Below, piece by piece: positions 44,237 through 53,701 of a DNA stretch of 64,000 bases (the first letter of the stretch is position 1; the number at the start of each line of letters is the position of its first letter). The notes under the pieces are model-generated. The model did not search any database. It had not been told where the DNA came from and saw only the letters and a list, made by a program, of their open reading frames with translations. The translations under genes and the position numbers were made by a program. The stretch comes from a virus (taxonomy: Duplodnaviria > Caudoviricetes): IMG/VR virus record IMGVR_UViG_2619619029_000002, positions 12,785-76,784 of that record. The stretch is one strand, 5' to 3'.

Positions 44237-45624
44237 CAGTAGTAGCTCCCCACCCGCATGGTGCTGGAGGGGGCGGACGCCACCGCCATGCCGCCGGCGA
44301 CCGCGTCCAGCCCGTCGTCGTGGACGCCTGGGTTCGGAGCGGCGACGGCTTCTTCCACCCACCAGTTGTTCCATGCACCGCGCAGCAGGTGGACATTGCC
44401 CGCCTGGGCCTGGGAGCTGACCGGCCCCCACATCTCCACCTTGCTTCCCGTCTTCCGGTGCCCACGGACGGTGAAGCCGAAAAGGACGCGCGCGGTGTAG
44501 TTGTAGGTCGTGTTCTTCCCGCTGCTGCCGCCCTCCTCCTCAAGCCAAATCGGGACGGCCCGCCCATCCTCCTCAGCCGTTGCGCGGATGAAGGCTTCCA
44601 CCTCGCGGGGCGTGCCGCGGATGCGGCGCACGTCGCGTATCCACAACTCGTGCGCGCCGCCCTCCAGCTTCCGCACCGCCACCTTGGCGCCTGCCGTCCA
44701 GTCCGGGTCGTTCTTGGGCTTGCCCCTCGCCCCCACACGCTCCTCGGTGGCGGCCAGGTCCCAGTAGCGCAGCCACCGCAGTCCGGCCGGCACTTCATCC
44801 ACGAAGTGGAACCACTCGCGGCGGAACAGCTTGCCTGCCGGGCGGACGTTCCAGTCGCCATGGCGGAGTTGCATCCGCAGGACAGGGTCTGCGATGGCGG
44901 CGAGGCTTTTCTCGTACTCCGCCTTGTTGAGGCTGGGGTTGTCCTCCAGCTTCGAGGGCACGAAGGCAACCTCGCTGCTGGGCGGGACGTCGATGAACTT
45001 CGCCTTCACCCATTCATGGCCAATGCCGCCTGGGTTGGCACTCCCTCGCATGCGCAGCGGCACATCCATGGACTCCGGCTTGCGCAGGCGCCCATGAAGG
45101 TAGTCGTACATGGGCTGGGTGAACTGCGTCGCCTCGTCGAAGCCGATGAACTGGTACGCCGCGCCCTGGTAGTTGTAGACGTCGTCCGCGTGCTGAAGGT
45201 ACGCGAACTTCAGCACGCTCCCCGCGGGGAAGCTCCACTGGTGAAGCTCCTTGTCCCAGTGGGCATCCGTCCCCATCAACCACGCCTTGCTGCGGGGAAT
45301 CAGCGCGTCAGGCTGGTTCAGGTCCTGGTACGTGCGCCGAAAGAGGACGGCGGCGTACCCCGGCACATCGACGTACTGAAGCGCCGCCATGAGGAGCGCA
45401 TCGGACTTGCCGCCGCCTGCGGCCCCACCGAAGAGCACCTCGCGCACCGCGCCCAGCAGGAGGAATGCCGCCTGGGTGGCGTGCGGCCGGTGCGGCACGT
45501 ACTTAGTCATGCGCGGCTCCATCAGCCGCGCGAGCTGGCTCTGTGCTTCCGGGGGCAGGGAGCGCACCCATTCGGGCGAGAATCCCTGCGATGGCTGCAA
45601 TCCGCTCGGGGTCGGGCTCGACAT
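44236..45624 (-). CDS. terL: terminase large subunit (start 45624 or 45510)
   Basis: FGGAAGGGKS (Walker A), FIGFDEATQF (Walker B), ANPGG.GH.WVK, WDLA, HDD..DA. Confidence 0.95.
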   Translation of the reverse strand: MSSPTPSGLQPSQGFSPEWVRSLPPEAQSQLARLMEPRMTKYVPHRPHATQAAFLLLGAVREVLFGGAAGGGKSDALLMAALQYVDVPGYAAVLFRRTYQDLNQPDALIPRSKAWLMGTDAHWDKELHQWSFPAGSVLKFAYLQHADDVYNYQGAAYQFIGFDEATQFTQPMYDYLHGRLRKPESMDVPLRMRGSANPGGIGHEWVKAKFIDVPPSSEVAFVPSKLEDNPSLNKAEYEKSLAAIADPVLRMQLRHGDWNVRPAGKLFRREWFHFVDEVPAGLRWLRYWDLAATEERVGARGKPKNDPDWTAGAKVAVRKLEGGAHELWIRDVRRIRGTPREVEAFIRATAEEDGRAVPIWLEEEGGSSGKNTTYNYTARVLFGFTVRGHRKTGSKVEMWGPVSSQAQAGNVHLLRGAWNNWWVEEAVAAPNPGVHDDGLDAVAGGMAVASAPSSTMRVGSYY

Positions 45625-46105
45625 GCTTCACCTCGGCCTTCACGTCGGCCTTCACCTCCGCCTGGACGGGACCGCCGCCCTTGCCGGCCATCTCCACCCG
45701 CTCAAGGAAGTCCCCCTGGCTCTTGCCCAGGAGTTCCGACGCCTTGAGGCGAGCCAACGTCGCCTCGTCTTCGTCCCCCATCACCTCAGTCCAGAATGCC
45801 TGTCGCTGCTCCCGCGTGGCGATTCGGGGGCCGACCTGCTTCCCTTCGCGCGCGTCGATGAGTTTGCGAATGTGAGGATTTCTGAGGAGCCCCCGGGCAG
45901 TCTGCGCCAGGACGTTGTCACTGCCTGAGTACCCGGCTTGGCGCGCGGCCTCCGTGCCGTTGCCGTCGTACAACTCGGCGAACCGGCGCTGCTTCGCCGT
46001 CAGCGCCCGCGAGGACTCAGCGGGGGCCTTCGGGCCAGGGCTGGATCTGGACTGCCTGCGACGCTTGCTTGCCACGAGGAGGAGTCTCCCGGGCAGCGTG
46101 GACAC
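45503..46105 (-). CDS. terS: terminase small subunit
   Basis: LTAKQRRFAELYDGNGTEAARQAGYS..A..LL.NP.I HTH motif. Confidence 0.88.
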   Translation of the reverse strand: MSTLPGRLLLVASKRRRQSRSSPGPKAPAESSRALTAKQRRFAELYDGNGTEAARQAGYSGSDNVLAQTARGLLRNPHIRKLIDAREGKQVGPRIATREQRQAFWTEVMGDEDEATLARLKASELLGKSQGDFLERVEMAGKGGGPVQAEVKADVKAEVKHVEPDPERIAAIAGILARMGALPAPGSTEPARAADGAAHD

Positions 46106-46182
46106 CGTCCGCTGGCCAGAAACTCACCCACCTGCCTGAAGGAGGTATCTTCCCGCGTTCCTCTTGAAGAAGGAGTACACGG

Positions 46183-46467
46183 ATGTTCGTCGACAAGACT
46201 GGTGCGCACACGGCCCCGACGTTGAGCCTCAAGCGCAAGACGCTCGTGTTCGACCAGCGGGTGAATAAGCAGGTCGCGTGGCTCGACGGGGTTGTCGTCC
46301 CTCCAATCGGTTCAAAAATCGAGCTGGCCGAACCGAACGTCACGGGATTCGTGACGGGCATCCGCCTGATGCTGGGTCAACCAGGCGGAGACACACACTC
46401 GGAGATTCCATCGAACGTGTGCATCGATGTCGAAATCCCCGAGGAGTGGTGGAAACACAACTCCTAG
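46183..46467 (+). CDS. small hypothetical protein (moron)
   Basis: AGGAG RBS, lower GC, antisense to its neighbours. Confidence 0.6.
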   Translation: MFVDKTGAHTAPTLSLKRKTLVFDQRVNKQVAWLDGVVVPPIGSKIELAEPNVTGFVTGIRLMLGQPGGDTHSEIPSNVCIDVEIPEEWWKHNS

Positions 46468-46841
46468 TTGCCGCGTCGCCCGTCGTCGCATCCCCAGAGG
46501 TCAAGCTGCGCAGCAGCAGGCACCTTCCGTCCCAGGGGATGCGGCTTCGGAACATGCGGAACCGGCTGCGCGGGCTCAGCGCCTGCATAGGCCAGGGCGG
46601 CCTTGCGCAACCTGTCTCGCGCCTTCGCGAACTCCTCCTCATCGTCGCTGGCGTCGGCGTAGGCCAGAGCCGCAGCCGTGAGGCGCTCCCAGGGGGACTC
46701 GTATGCCGGCGCCAGGGGCGTGGACATCGACTGGCCCCGCGTCACCCGCTTGAGGTGCGCCCAGCACCGCTTGTGCCGGGGCGCGGCCGCGTTGCGGCAG
46801 TCGGCCTCGGAGCACTGGGCAGGCTGGGAGCAGGAGGGCAT
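46464..46841 (-). CDS. hypothetical protein with N-terminal C..C...C..H motif
   Basis: GGAG RBS; high-GC3 codons. Confidence 0.55.
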   Translation of the reverse strand: MPSCSQPAQCSEADCRNAAAPRHKRCWAHLKRVTRGQSMSTPLAPAYESPWERLTAAALAYADASDDEEEFAKARDRLRKAALAYAGAEPAQPVPHVPKPHPLGRKVPAAAQLDLWGCDDGRRGN

Positions 46842-47051
46842 CGCGACTCCAGTATCACCCACCCGAGGTATTCTCCACGAGAGGCATACTGGGCCAGGAT
46901 GCAGTCAGTCGCGACCCTCGTGAAGCCCGCCTCCAAACCTCCTATCCTGCCGCGCGCGACTACCCACAGTGACAGCAATGGTCCGCTCCGTGCAGCCAAA
47001 CCACTGACACCCGCAGTTCAGGACACAAAGCGCATTCAAGAGCACCAAATC

Positions 47052-47951
47052 ATGCCACAGCACACACCCAATCTCGTCGAACTCTCCAGCGCAGAGGCAA
47101 AGCTAAAAATCAGACAATTCATCGAAGACGAACCACTGTTCAGCCCAATAAAGATTCAAATTAAAGATCCAATAAAATCAAACATAAAAGGCATACATCA
47201 ATTGATGCCAGAAACAATACATCTCTACTGCGCAAGTGGAAATTGCAGCCACCTAGCATCAACCACCTGGGAGGCAGTAAACGCATCGGGCTCCCTGCAC
47301 GCATACATTTGCGCCAGCTGCAAAGAAAGCAAGGCACAATACTGGTTTGACGTAAAGCTGATTGAAAAGCAGACAACAGGACTGGTCAATATGTCACCAG
47401 TCGAAGTCATCAAGAGCTTCGAAATATCAAAGCTTGGCCAACGACCTCACTGGGCACCGAAGATTCCAAATCGACTCCTGAAAAACCTCGGCCCGAGTGC
47501 GCAACTGTTTCGCCGCGGCGTAGCATGCCTCCAGGAAGGACTCGGCATAGGAGCCTCCGCTTATTTTCGAAGAGTAATTGAAGAGGAAGTGAAAGCACTT
47601 CTGGATCTAATGGAGAAGGCAGCCAATCTCGACGGCGACCAAGCCGCTCTCGAAAATCTCAAAACAGCAAGAGAGAGCCAAGTAGCTTCCGAGCGACTCA
47701 AGATTGCAGTCCAAAAGGTCCCCATATCGCTTAGACCCGGGAATGCCAATCCACTCGCCGTGCTGTATGGGGCACTCAGCGGAGCCGTTCATCAGGAGCC
47801 AGAAGAGGTCGCAATCGGAACAGCAAAACGGATTCTAAAGACGTTCATATTTCTTTTCGAAGAACTCAAAGAACGAATGGATTCGGCGGAGGCCTATGCA
47901 GCTGAAATCCAGCAAATCCGCGACGAGACGAAAAAATCAAGCAATCACTAA
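47052..47951 (+). CDS. low-GC protein: zinc-finger motifs + DUF4145/HEPN-like helical domain
   Basis: C.SGNC, CASC; GIGASAYFRRVIEE..LYGALSGAVH; family call tentative. Confidence 0.6.
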   Translation: MPQHTPNLVELSSAEAKLKIRQFIEDEPLFSPIKIQIKDPIKSNIKGIHQLMPETIHLYCASGNCSHLASTTWEAVNASGSLHAYICASCKESKAQYWFDVKLIEKQTTGLVNMSPVEVIKSFEISKLGQRPHWAPKIPNRLLKNLGPSAQLFRRGVACLQEGLGIGASAYFRRVIEEEVKALLDLMEKAANLDGDQAALENLKTARESQVASERLKIAVQKVPISLRPGNANPLAVLYGALSGAVHQEPEEVAIGTAKRILKTFIFLFEELKERMDSAEAYAAEIQQIRDETKKSSNH

Positions 47952-47968
47952 CCGCATCCCGTTCTCCA

Positions 47969-48001
47969 GAAGCGTCATTCAGCCAAAGTGAATGACGCTT
48001 C
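47969..48001. terminator. perfect 13-bp hairpin between convergent genes
   Basis: GAAGCGTCATTCA-gccaaag-TGAATGACGCTTC. Confidence 0.65.
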
Positions 48002-48071
48002 GTCGCCTCGGGGCTGCGCCACGTAGACGACCAGGGACGCTCAACCTGAGCTAGGGCACAGCGCGCCATCG

Positions 48072-48749
48072 CTACCCCTCCGATTCCGCGCATACCTCGG
48101 CGGCCCAAGCGTCAAAGGCAGGCTGGGTTCGCAGCACGATTTGCCGGACAGCTTCGCGTGTGGTGAGCCCGGACTCGGACGCGAGCATCTCCAGCGTCAC
48201 ACCCTCGAAGCGGTAACGAAGGAAGAGGGCGACGTCCCTCCGGACACGTGCCCGCTGGGTGCTTGTCGGCCTATCGCTCAGATCCGCGAGGCGGAGACGC
48301 ATCAGCGCCTCGGCAGCCCGGGCCATGAGACGTTCGCTGTCCCATGCATCCAGGCCGTCTTCCCCCAGTGTGTGGGTGAACAGGTCCAACCGCGTGGAGT
48401 CCGCCTCCTCGTCCTCCACCGCTGATGACGGCTGGTCGAGGCTCCACTCTCGCGGCGGCACCCACTCACCCGCCGGGAGCGGCACGACACGGGAGCCGCG
48501 CCTGTCGTACTTGCCGAGGAAGCTCCGCACCCACCAGAGGACGTAGGTGCAGAACTTCCCCAACTCCGGATTCCACGTCTGGGCCGCCCTCACCACGGCG
48601 AGCCTCGCCTCCTGCAAAACGTCCTCGTCCTGCCGCCGGAGGTGTCTGGCCCGCGCGAGGTGCCGGTGGGCCAGCATGAGGGCATACCCCTCCCACTGGA
48701 GGCACAGCGCCCGCTGCTCGTCGGTGAGGGGCTTTGCTGCGCACGTCAC
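48072..48749 (-). CDS. sigma70-like factor, putative late-gene activator
   Basis: Region 2 EDVLQEARLAVVRAAQTWNPELGKFCTYVLWWVR; region 4 HTH TLEMLASESGLTTREAVRQI. Confidence 0.85.
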   Translation of the reverse strand: MTCAAKPLTDEQRALCLQWEGYALMLAHRHLARARHLRRQDEDVLQEARLAVVRAAQTWNPELGKFCTYVLWWVRSFLGKYDRRGSRVVPLPAGEWVPPREWSLDQPSSAVEDEEADSTRLDLFTHTLGEDGLDAWDSERLMARAAEALMRLRLADLSDRPTSTQRARVRRDVALFLRYRFEGVTLEMLASESGLTTREAVRQIVLRTQPAFDAWAAEVCAESEG

Positions 48750-49240
48750 GAGCCGTCCCCTTCCCTCCCGCCAGGGGTGGCGTCACGGGGCAGCGTCTCC
48801 AGCACGCGGCCCACATTCGGCGGCACCCATCCAGCCGGCTTCATCACCTTCCCGTCGTCCCGGATCTCCGCCTTGCCTCCCGGAGCCTTGCGGAGGTTGG
48901 CTTGGGCCACCTCGTCGAAGCACTCCCGGGCCGGGGCACCCATGGTGACGAGCGTGCCGAGCGTCAGGTAGAGTGCGTCCGTCGCCTCGTGGGCCATGCG
49001 CGTCAGGTCGGGCTCCATCCACGGTACCGCTCGCACATCCAGGTCGCTCACATCGGCGATGTCGCATCCCATTGCCGACACCTCGACGCCGCTCGCCGCC
49101 GCGTACTCCAACACCTCCTCGAGCATGAGCCGAACCCTGAGAACCCGCGTCACCGCGTCCGGCATGGTGGGCCTGTCGGGGCACGGCTGGCCCGTCACGC
49201 GGTGAAACTCCCTCACCTGCTCCTGGTACGTGTCTTTCAC
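48746..49240 (-). CDS. MazG/PRA-PH-like NTP pyrophosphohydrolase
   Basis: VREFH..EEVLEY..EATDALY..FDEV.QANL.K..RDDGKVMKP.GW.PP. Confidence 0.85.
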   Translation of the reverse strand: MKDTYQEQVREFHRVTGQPCPDRPTMPDAVTRVLRVRLMLEEVLEYAAASGVEVSAMGCDIADVSDLDVRAVPWMEPDLTRMAHEATDALYLTLGTLVTMGAPARECFDEVAQANLRKAPGGKAEIRDDGKVMKPAGWVPPNVGRVLETLPRDATPGGREGDGS

Positions 49241-49271
49241 TGGAGAACCCCCTTCAGCTTGAGCCTCGATG

Positions 49272-49715
49272 TTACCCATGGTTGGCCTCGCAGTGGTCGC
49301 GGAGCGCCTCGGCGTCCGCCAGCGCGTTGTGCGGCATCCGGCTGGTGCTCGCCGTGTTGAAGCCCGGCAGGCGCTGAAACTTCATGTCGAAGTCTGGCAC
49401 AGGCTGCATGCGCCCCGGACCGGTGATGAGCAACGCCAAGAGGTGCTCGAAGTCCGTCGGCCAGTCGGCCACGATGACCATGTGGCCCACCGCCCGCTCC
49501 CGCATGAACGTCGCCAGCTTCAGCGACGCAAGCTCGCGCGAGACGAAGTCGCTGCCGAGGTGGGGGACGACGTGCGTCTCCACCCATGGGTCGGTCGGCC
49601 CCGCCCACTCGACCGCGACGTAGAACGACTCCAAGGCGGGGTCGGCCGGCACGAGGGCGAGGGACATCAGCTCGCCGCCGAAGCAGGTGTACTCGGCGTC
49701 CAGGTAATAGCGCAT
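49272..49715 (-). CDS. DEDDh 3'-5' exonuclease (DUF5051/RNase AS-like)
   Basis: YYLDAEY..LMSLALV..DF..HNALADA. Confidence 0.8.
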   Translation of the reverse strand: MRYYLDAEYTCFGGELMSLALVPADPALESFYVAVEWAGPTDPWVETHVVPHLGSDFVSRELASLKLATFMRERAVGHMVIVADWPTDFEHLLALLITGPGRMQPVPDFDMKFQRLPGFNTASTSRMPHNALADAEALRDHCEANHG

Positions 49716-50281
49716 CACGGTTTCCTCGTGTTGGTGCTTCGATAACTCGCGGAGGTGGCCAGCGCAGCGAGCTCCTTCACCACCTTCGCCTTGGCGGGGC
49801 GCCGCGGCTCAACGTCGACGGCAGCGAGCGTTGCACGGGCTTGCGGCAGGTGATCCTGGGCGGAGCGCTGAAGCGTCGGGAACTCCGGAATCAACTCCAA
49901 TGCCTCCAAGGTGTGGACGTCGCGGGCGGCCTTGGCCAGCGGACCGTCACCCCAGCCCACCTCCACGGTGACGAGCGGCTCGGGCCCCTTGGCCTGGGCG
50001 TACAGCCAGCCCACGAGAGGCGACCTGTCGTCCACGCGCAACCAGGTGGCGACCGCGTCGCGCACCGACTTCAGTGCCCCGCGGAGGTTGTCGTCGTCCA
50101 GCGCGCGCGGGGCCACTCGAGTCAAGCGGACGAAGAGCAGCGGGCCGGCCTTCCATTCCGGGCACCGGCGCCGCGTCGCAGCCTTCTGTGCGTCGGTGCG
50201 CTTGTGCTTGGCCGCCCAGTGCTCCCGCAGGTTGCTGGTGGACTGCGCTTTGATGGGTACCTCGAAGCGTATGCACGTCAC
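49715..50281 (-). CDS. RusA-like Holliday junction resolvase
   Basis: LDDDNL..ALK...DAVA..L..DD. Confidence 0.7.
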   Translation of the reverse strand: MTCIRFEVPIKAQSTSNLREHWAAKHKRTDAQKAATRRRCPEWKAGPLLFVRLTRVAPRALDDDNLRGALKSVRDAVATWLRVDDRSPLVGWLYAQAKGPEPLVTVEVGWGDGPLAKAARDVHTLEALELIPEFPTLQRSAQDHLPQARATLAAVDVEPRRPAKAKVVKELAALATSASYRSTNTRKP

Positions 50282-50769
50282 CGGAGCACCTCCAGCACCA
50301 CGCGCACCGCCCATTTCCCCGACGCGCCCCGGTGCCCAGCGATGATTTCCGTCAGCACCTGCGCCTTCCACACCTCGGACGGCAGCCACCCGCCCGCGCT
50401 CCCCGCATTGCAGTCGTACACGTGCAGCTCTCCTCTTTCTCTGTACAGGCCCACCCAGTGCGTGTGCCGGTACTGGGCGCGCTCCGGCGCCGAGTCCCAT
50501 CTGCCCCGGAGTTGGATGAAGGCCACTCCGTGCACGTCCCCCTGGGGCATGCCCTGGATGACGCGGTGCTGGACGCCCTGGGCAGCGAGCGCTGCCGCCA
50601 TCGAGGTGGGCGTCGTCCAGGGCTTCGCCGGGAAGCCAGTGAAGGCCCTGCGCACCGCAGCGAGCGGCACGCCCAGCACCGCGGCGAGCGCTGACGGACC
50701 GCAATTCGCCTTCCAGCCGTCGTTCGCGTCCCAGAGGTCCTGCGGCGTGTAGAGCCCAGGGCACGTCAC
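50278..50769 (-). CDS. papain-like (C39-type) cysteine peptidase
   Basis: ANCGPSALA..THWV..HVYDCN candidate Cys-His-Asp triad. Confidence 0.6.
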   Translation of the reverse strand: MTCPGLYTPQDLWDANDGWKANCGPSALAAVLGVPLAAVRRAFTGFPAKPWTTPTSMAAALAAQGVQHRVIQGMPQGDVHGVAFIQLRGRWDSAPERAQYRHTHWVGLYRERGELHVYDCNAGSAGGWLPSEVWKAQVLTEIIAGHRGASGKWAVRVVLEVLR

Positions 50770-50831
50770 TGGAGGCTCCTGTAGAATGCGGTCGTGGGCG
50801 CTCCAGCCCACGGGCAGGGGGGAACACCGCC

Positions 50832-51017
50832 ATGGCCGACAGCAGCGACAGCGCCGAGGGGACTGACTGGACGAAGGTGCTGCTCAAGTGCCCGGAGTGC
50901 GGGAAGGAGAAGCTGGTGGTTCCCGACTTCGGACTCATGACGCTGGGCGGGCATCCGCCATCCCCTCAGTCCAGGTGCAACGTGTGCCGAATCGCCATCG
51001 TGACCAGCCACCTCTGA
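50832..51017 (+). CDS. small zinc-ribbon protein
   Basis: CPECG...CNVC; antisense to its neighbours. Confidence 0.55.
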   Translation: MADSSDSAEGTDWTKVLLKCPECGKEKLVVPDFGLMTLGGHPPSPQSRCNVCRIAIVTSHL

Positions 51018-51019
51018 CG

Positions 51020-51232
51020 TCATGGCTTCAGCCCTCCGTCCCGGATGCGCTCGTGCAGCAGGCATGTGCAGGCGCACCGGCCGTTGGTGCGCGAGAAGCG
51101 GCAGCCACGCTCGTGGCGCCCGTACCTGTCCAGAGCCGTGGCCACCTTGAGCAGCCTCGCCTCCAACTCGGCGACGCGCTCACGCGCAAGGCGCAGCGAC
51201 TCCTCCAGTTCGGGGTGCTTGCGGCACGTCAT
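51020..51232 (-). CDS. small Cys/His-rich protein
   Basis: ATGA-coupled; coiled coil + HERGC..CAC. Confidence 0.55.
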   Translation of the reverse strand: MTCRKHPELEESLRLARERVAELEARLLKVATALDRYGRHERGCRFSRTNGRCACTCLLHERIRDGGLKP

Positions 51233-51714
51233 GAAACGGCCTCCTCGGACACCACCTGTCCATCATGAGAGAGAATCAGGACGCGGCCCTTCCACCCCTC
51301 GGCGCGACACATGCGCACCATCCCGGCCGTGCCCTTGCCCAGGCCCGTGTCCGTGTGCGCGGCCACCCAGCGCACCGTCCACCCGCACCGGGCGTACCCG
51401 CGCGCGGCCTCGCGCATCACCTCGTTGCGCAGTGGGCCTGCTATGGGCCCCTGCGTCTTCCAATGCGCGGGGAAGCGGTCCACCTCATCCACCTGGAAGT
51501 CGGGCCACTCCACCGAGCACGCCACCTCCCACAGACGGTCCGCCCCCATGGCCGCCACTGGGTCGTCCCTGCGCCTGTCACCCGCACCGTGGATGAGACG
51601 CGCGCCCCGGATTCCCGCGAAGCGGCGCACGTAGGCGCGGAGCGCTGGCAGGTGCGCCACCGTGAGTCCGCTGCTGCCGCACGCGAGGAGGGCCAGCCGG
51701 GCACAGGCCGTCAT
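51229..51714 (-). CDS. SLOG-family (DUF2493/YspA-like) protein
   Basis: LIHGAG..GAD.L..FPAHW...G..AGPLRN..M..GT..M. Confidence 0.8.
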   Translation of the reverse strand: MTACARLALLACGSSGLTVAHLPALRAYVRRFAGIRGARLIHGAGDRRRDDPVAAMGADRLWEVACSVEWPDFQVDEVDRFPAHWKTQGPIAGPLRNEVMREAARGYARCGWTVRWVAAHTDTGLGKGTAGMVRMCRAEGWKGRVLILSHDGQVVSEEAVS

Positions 51715-53699
51715 TGGAGACCTCCGGCGTCAGCAGGCTGGCCAGCGAGGGTGACGCGTAGCTCCAGGCCCAGGGCACGGGCCGCGTTGTCGAGGGCGGG
51801 CTGGGCAAAGAGCTCCAGCCCATTCAGCGCGTACTGGTCCTTGGCTTCCACCACGAGGCAGGGGCCCTCCAGAGCCACCGGGAGCCCACGCCCAGCGGCA
51901 TGCCCAGCGACGTATGACTGCCCGGCCGCGCGCAGCTCCTCGAGGAGTTGCTCCCACGCCCTGCCCGCAGGCGTGTCCGGCACCTCCAGCGCAGGCGGGT
52001 ACTCGCCGCGCCCCACGTCAACGTCCGCCCGGCGCCGAGTCTCCGCGGGCGGACTGGTGTCCGGGCGGTACTCCGGGGTGGCGTTGGCCTCCCACCGGCG
52101 CACCAGGTCCGCAAGGGTGTCGCAGCGCTGCCTGTACCGCGCCTCCACGCCGTGCCCCCAGCGGCGCAACACCTCCGGCACGCCCCCGGTGCCCGCCAGG
52201 GCCAGCAGGCGGCGAGCAGCGGGGTCATCCCGGTACGGCTGCCACGTGTACGAACACCCCCGCGCCGCGAAGAAGACGCGCTCCACGCCGTCCGGGAGGG
52301 ACTCCGCGGCGGGCGCAATGGAGGGGGGCGGCTCGAAGGGAAGCGTCTCGACAGGTTCCGCCGGCGCGACGGGGGGCGAGTACTCTTCCTCCTGCTCCTG
52401 GACGACGAAGCGCAGCCCGGCCAGGCCCGTGCGGTGGGCGTAGCCGTTCACCAGCCCCCGACAGGTGTCCTGCATCCAGTCCAGGGAGAACTGGTCCGGC
52501 GCGGCCACCTCAAGGCCAGCGTCGTCCAGGGCCACCGCGCGGAAGCACTCCAACCCTTCGCAGGCGCGGTGCTTGCCGTCTGCGCGCAGGGCGGCCAGCA
52601 CCCGCGCCCAGGCCCGTGCAGCCTCGGTGCCCATGGGGACGTCCTCAAGGCACACCGCCGCCCCGGGCTCCTCATGCGGCGGCGCCTCGGGGCGCTCCGG
52701 GTCCAGACTCCAAGCGCCGCTGAGCAACTGCTCGGCCACCTCAAGGCCAGCGCGGGTCCAGGTCAGCACCCACACGACGTTGGCGCGCAGCCGGTTGGAG
52801 AGCTCGCCGCGGCAGGCCGGAGAACGCGGGACGAGGGCGAAGACGCGGAGCCACTCCTCCAGCGGGCGGCGACGCAGGGCCCCCAGGGCATCCTCCGCCA
52901 TGCGCCGGGAAGTGCGTTCCCCCCAGGCCGGGAAGCCATGGGCCAGCGCCATGGCATTCCACCCCTCGCGCAGCGCGCGGATGTCGGGAGGCAGGGCGTC
53001 CGGCTTGCGGTACTCGCGTGCAGCCTCGCGGACGTCACGCACAGCGCGCGCATCCTGCGTGACAGCCACCAGCGCCCCCCTCGTTTTCGAGGCAGAGGGA
53101 GGGGGGAGAGGGGGTGTCACGCTACCTGTCACGCTGGCCTTCTGCCTGTCACGCTGGCGCTTGAGCTGCTGTCTCAACGTCGCAGGCTTCGGAATTCTCT
53201 TGGGGTTTTCCTCCCCCCCTCCCCCCTCCACAGCCGACGTCACGCTGACGGGGGCGGTGTCACGCTGATTGTCACGCTGGGACTGCGTGACAGCCGCCTT
53301 CGGCTGCGTGACATGGCCGAAGCTGGACGGCGGAGGGGGCATCACCTCCGGGGTGGTTGCAGGGCGCAGGCCCAGCACACTGGGCGCCAGCAGAGACACG
53401 GCCTGGCGCCAACCGTGGTCGACACCGGCCGCGTAGCTCTCCGCGCGAAGCCGGGCGTCGCGCTCCGCCAGAACCTGCGCGCGCAGCTCGGCGACCTGCT
53501 GCTGGGCGCAGGGGCACGCCTCCGTGAAGAAGTCCGGGGGGATGCCCGGGTCCTCGCCACGGGCATGGCGCGCGCGGTCCCCTCTTGGCGGGGGCAGTAC
53601 CTGGGCGAGTTCCTCTGCAGAGGCAGGCTCCACAAGCGGCAGGTGCTCCGCGTCCTGCGACAGCTCTTCATCGGCCGGGCGCTGGGTGCAGGCGGGCAT
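51711..53699 (-). CDS. replication initiator-like protein with two DnaA N-terminal-like domains
   Basis: W.RVL..L..L.V.APDQFSLDWM and W.QLL.EL..LVVEA.DQY; internal iteron-like cluster. Confidence 0.65.
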   Translation of the reverse strand: MPACTQRPADEELSQDAEHLPLVEPASAEELAQVLPPPRGDRARHARGEDPGIPPDFFTEACPCAQQQVAELRAQVLAERDARLRAESYAAGVDHGWRQAVSLLAPSVLGLRPATTPEVMPPPPSSFGHVTQPKAAVTQSQRDNQRDTAPVSVTSAVEGGGGEENPKRIPKPATLRQQLKRQRDRQKASVTGSVTPPLPPPSASKTRGALVAVTQDARAVRDVREAAREYRKPDALPPDIRALREGWNAMALAHGFPAWGERTSRRMAEDALGALRRRPLEEWLRVFALVPRSPACRGELSNRLRANVVWVLTWTRAGLEVAEQLLSGAWSLDPERPEAPPHEEPGAAVCLEDVPMGTEAARAWARVLAALRADGKHRACEGLECFRAVALDDAGLEVAAPDQFSLDWMQDTCRGLVNGYAHRTGLAGLRFVVQEQEEEYSPPVAPAEPVETLPFEPPPSIAPAAESLPDGVERVFFAARGCSYTWQPYRDDPAARRLLALAGTGGVPEVLRRWGHGVEARYRQRCDTLADLVRRWEANATPEYRPDTSPPAETRRRADVDVGRGEYPPALEVPDTPAGRAWEQLLEELRAAGQSYVAGHAAGRGLPVALEGPCLVVEAKDQYALNGLELFAQPALDNAARALGLELRVTLAGQPADAGGLQ
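53034..53313. repeat. iteron-like cluster, about 10 copies of (T)GTCACGC in both orientations (putative origin)
   Basis: Copies at 53034, 53057(rc), 53115, 53127, 53147, 53238, 53258, 53270, 53285(rc), 53306(rc). Confidence 0.8.
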
Positions 53700-53701
53700 G
53701 G

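Noticed and set aside
46278-47051. N-terminal 258 codons of the 557-aa ORF
   Set aside because: Overlaps other genes and has no coding signature; the real gene appears to start at ATG 47052 where the composition shifts.
53034-53313. CRISPR array
   Set aside because: The repeats are only 7-10 bp, irregularly spaced, in both orientations and inside a CDS; no cas genes.
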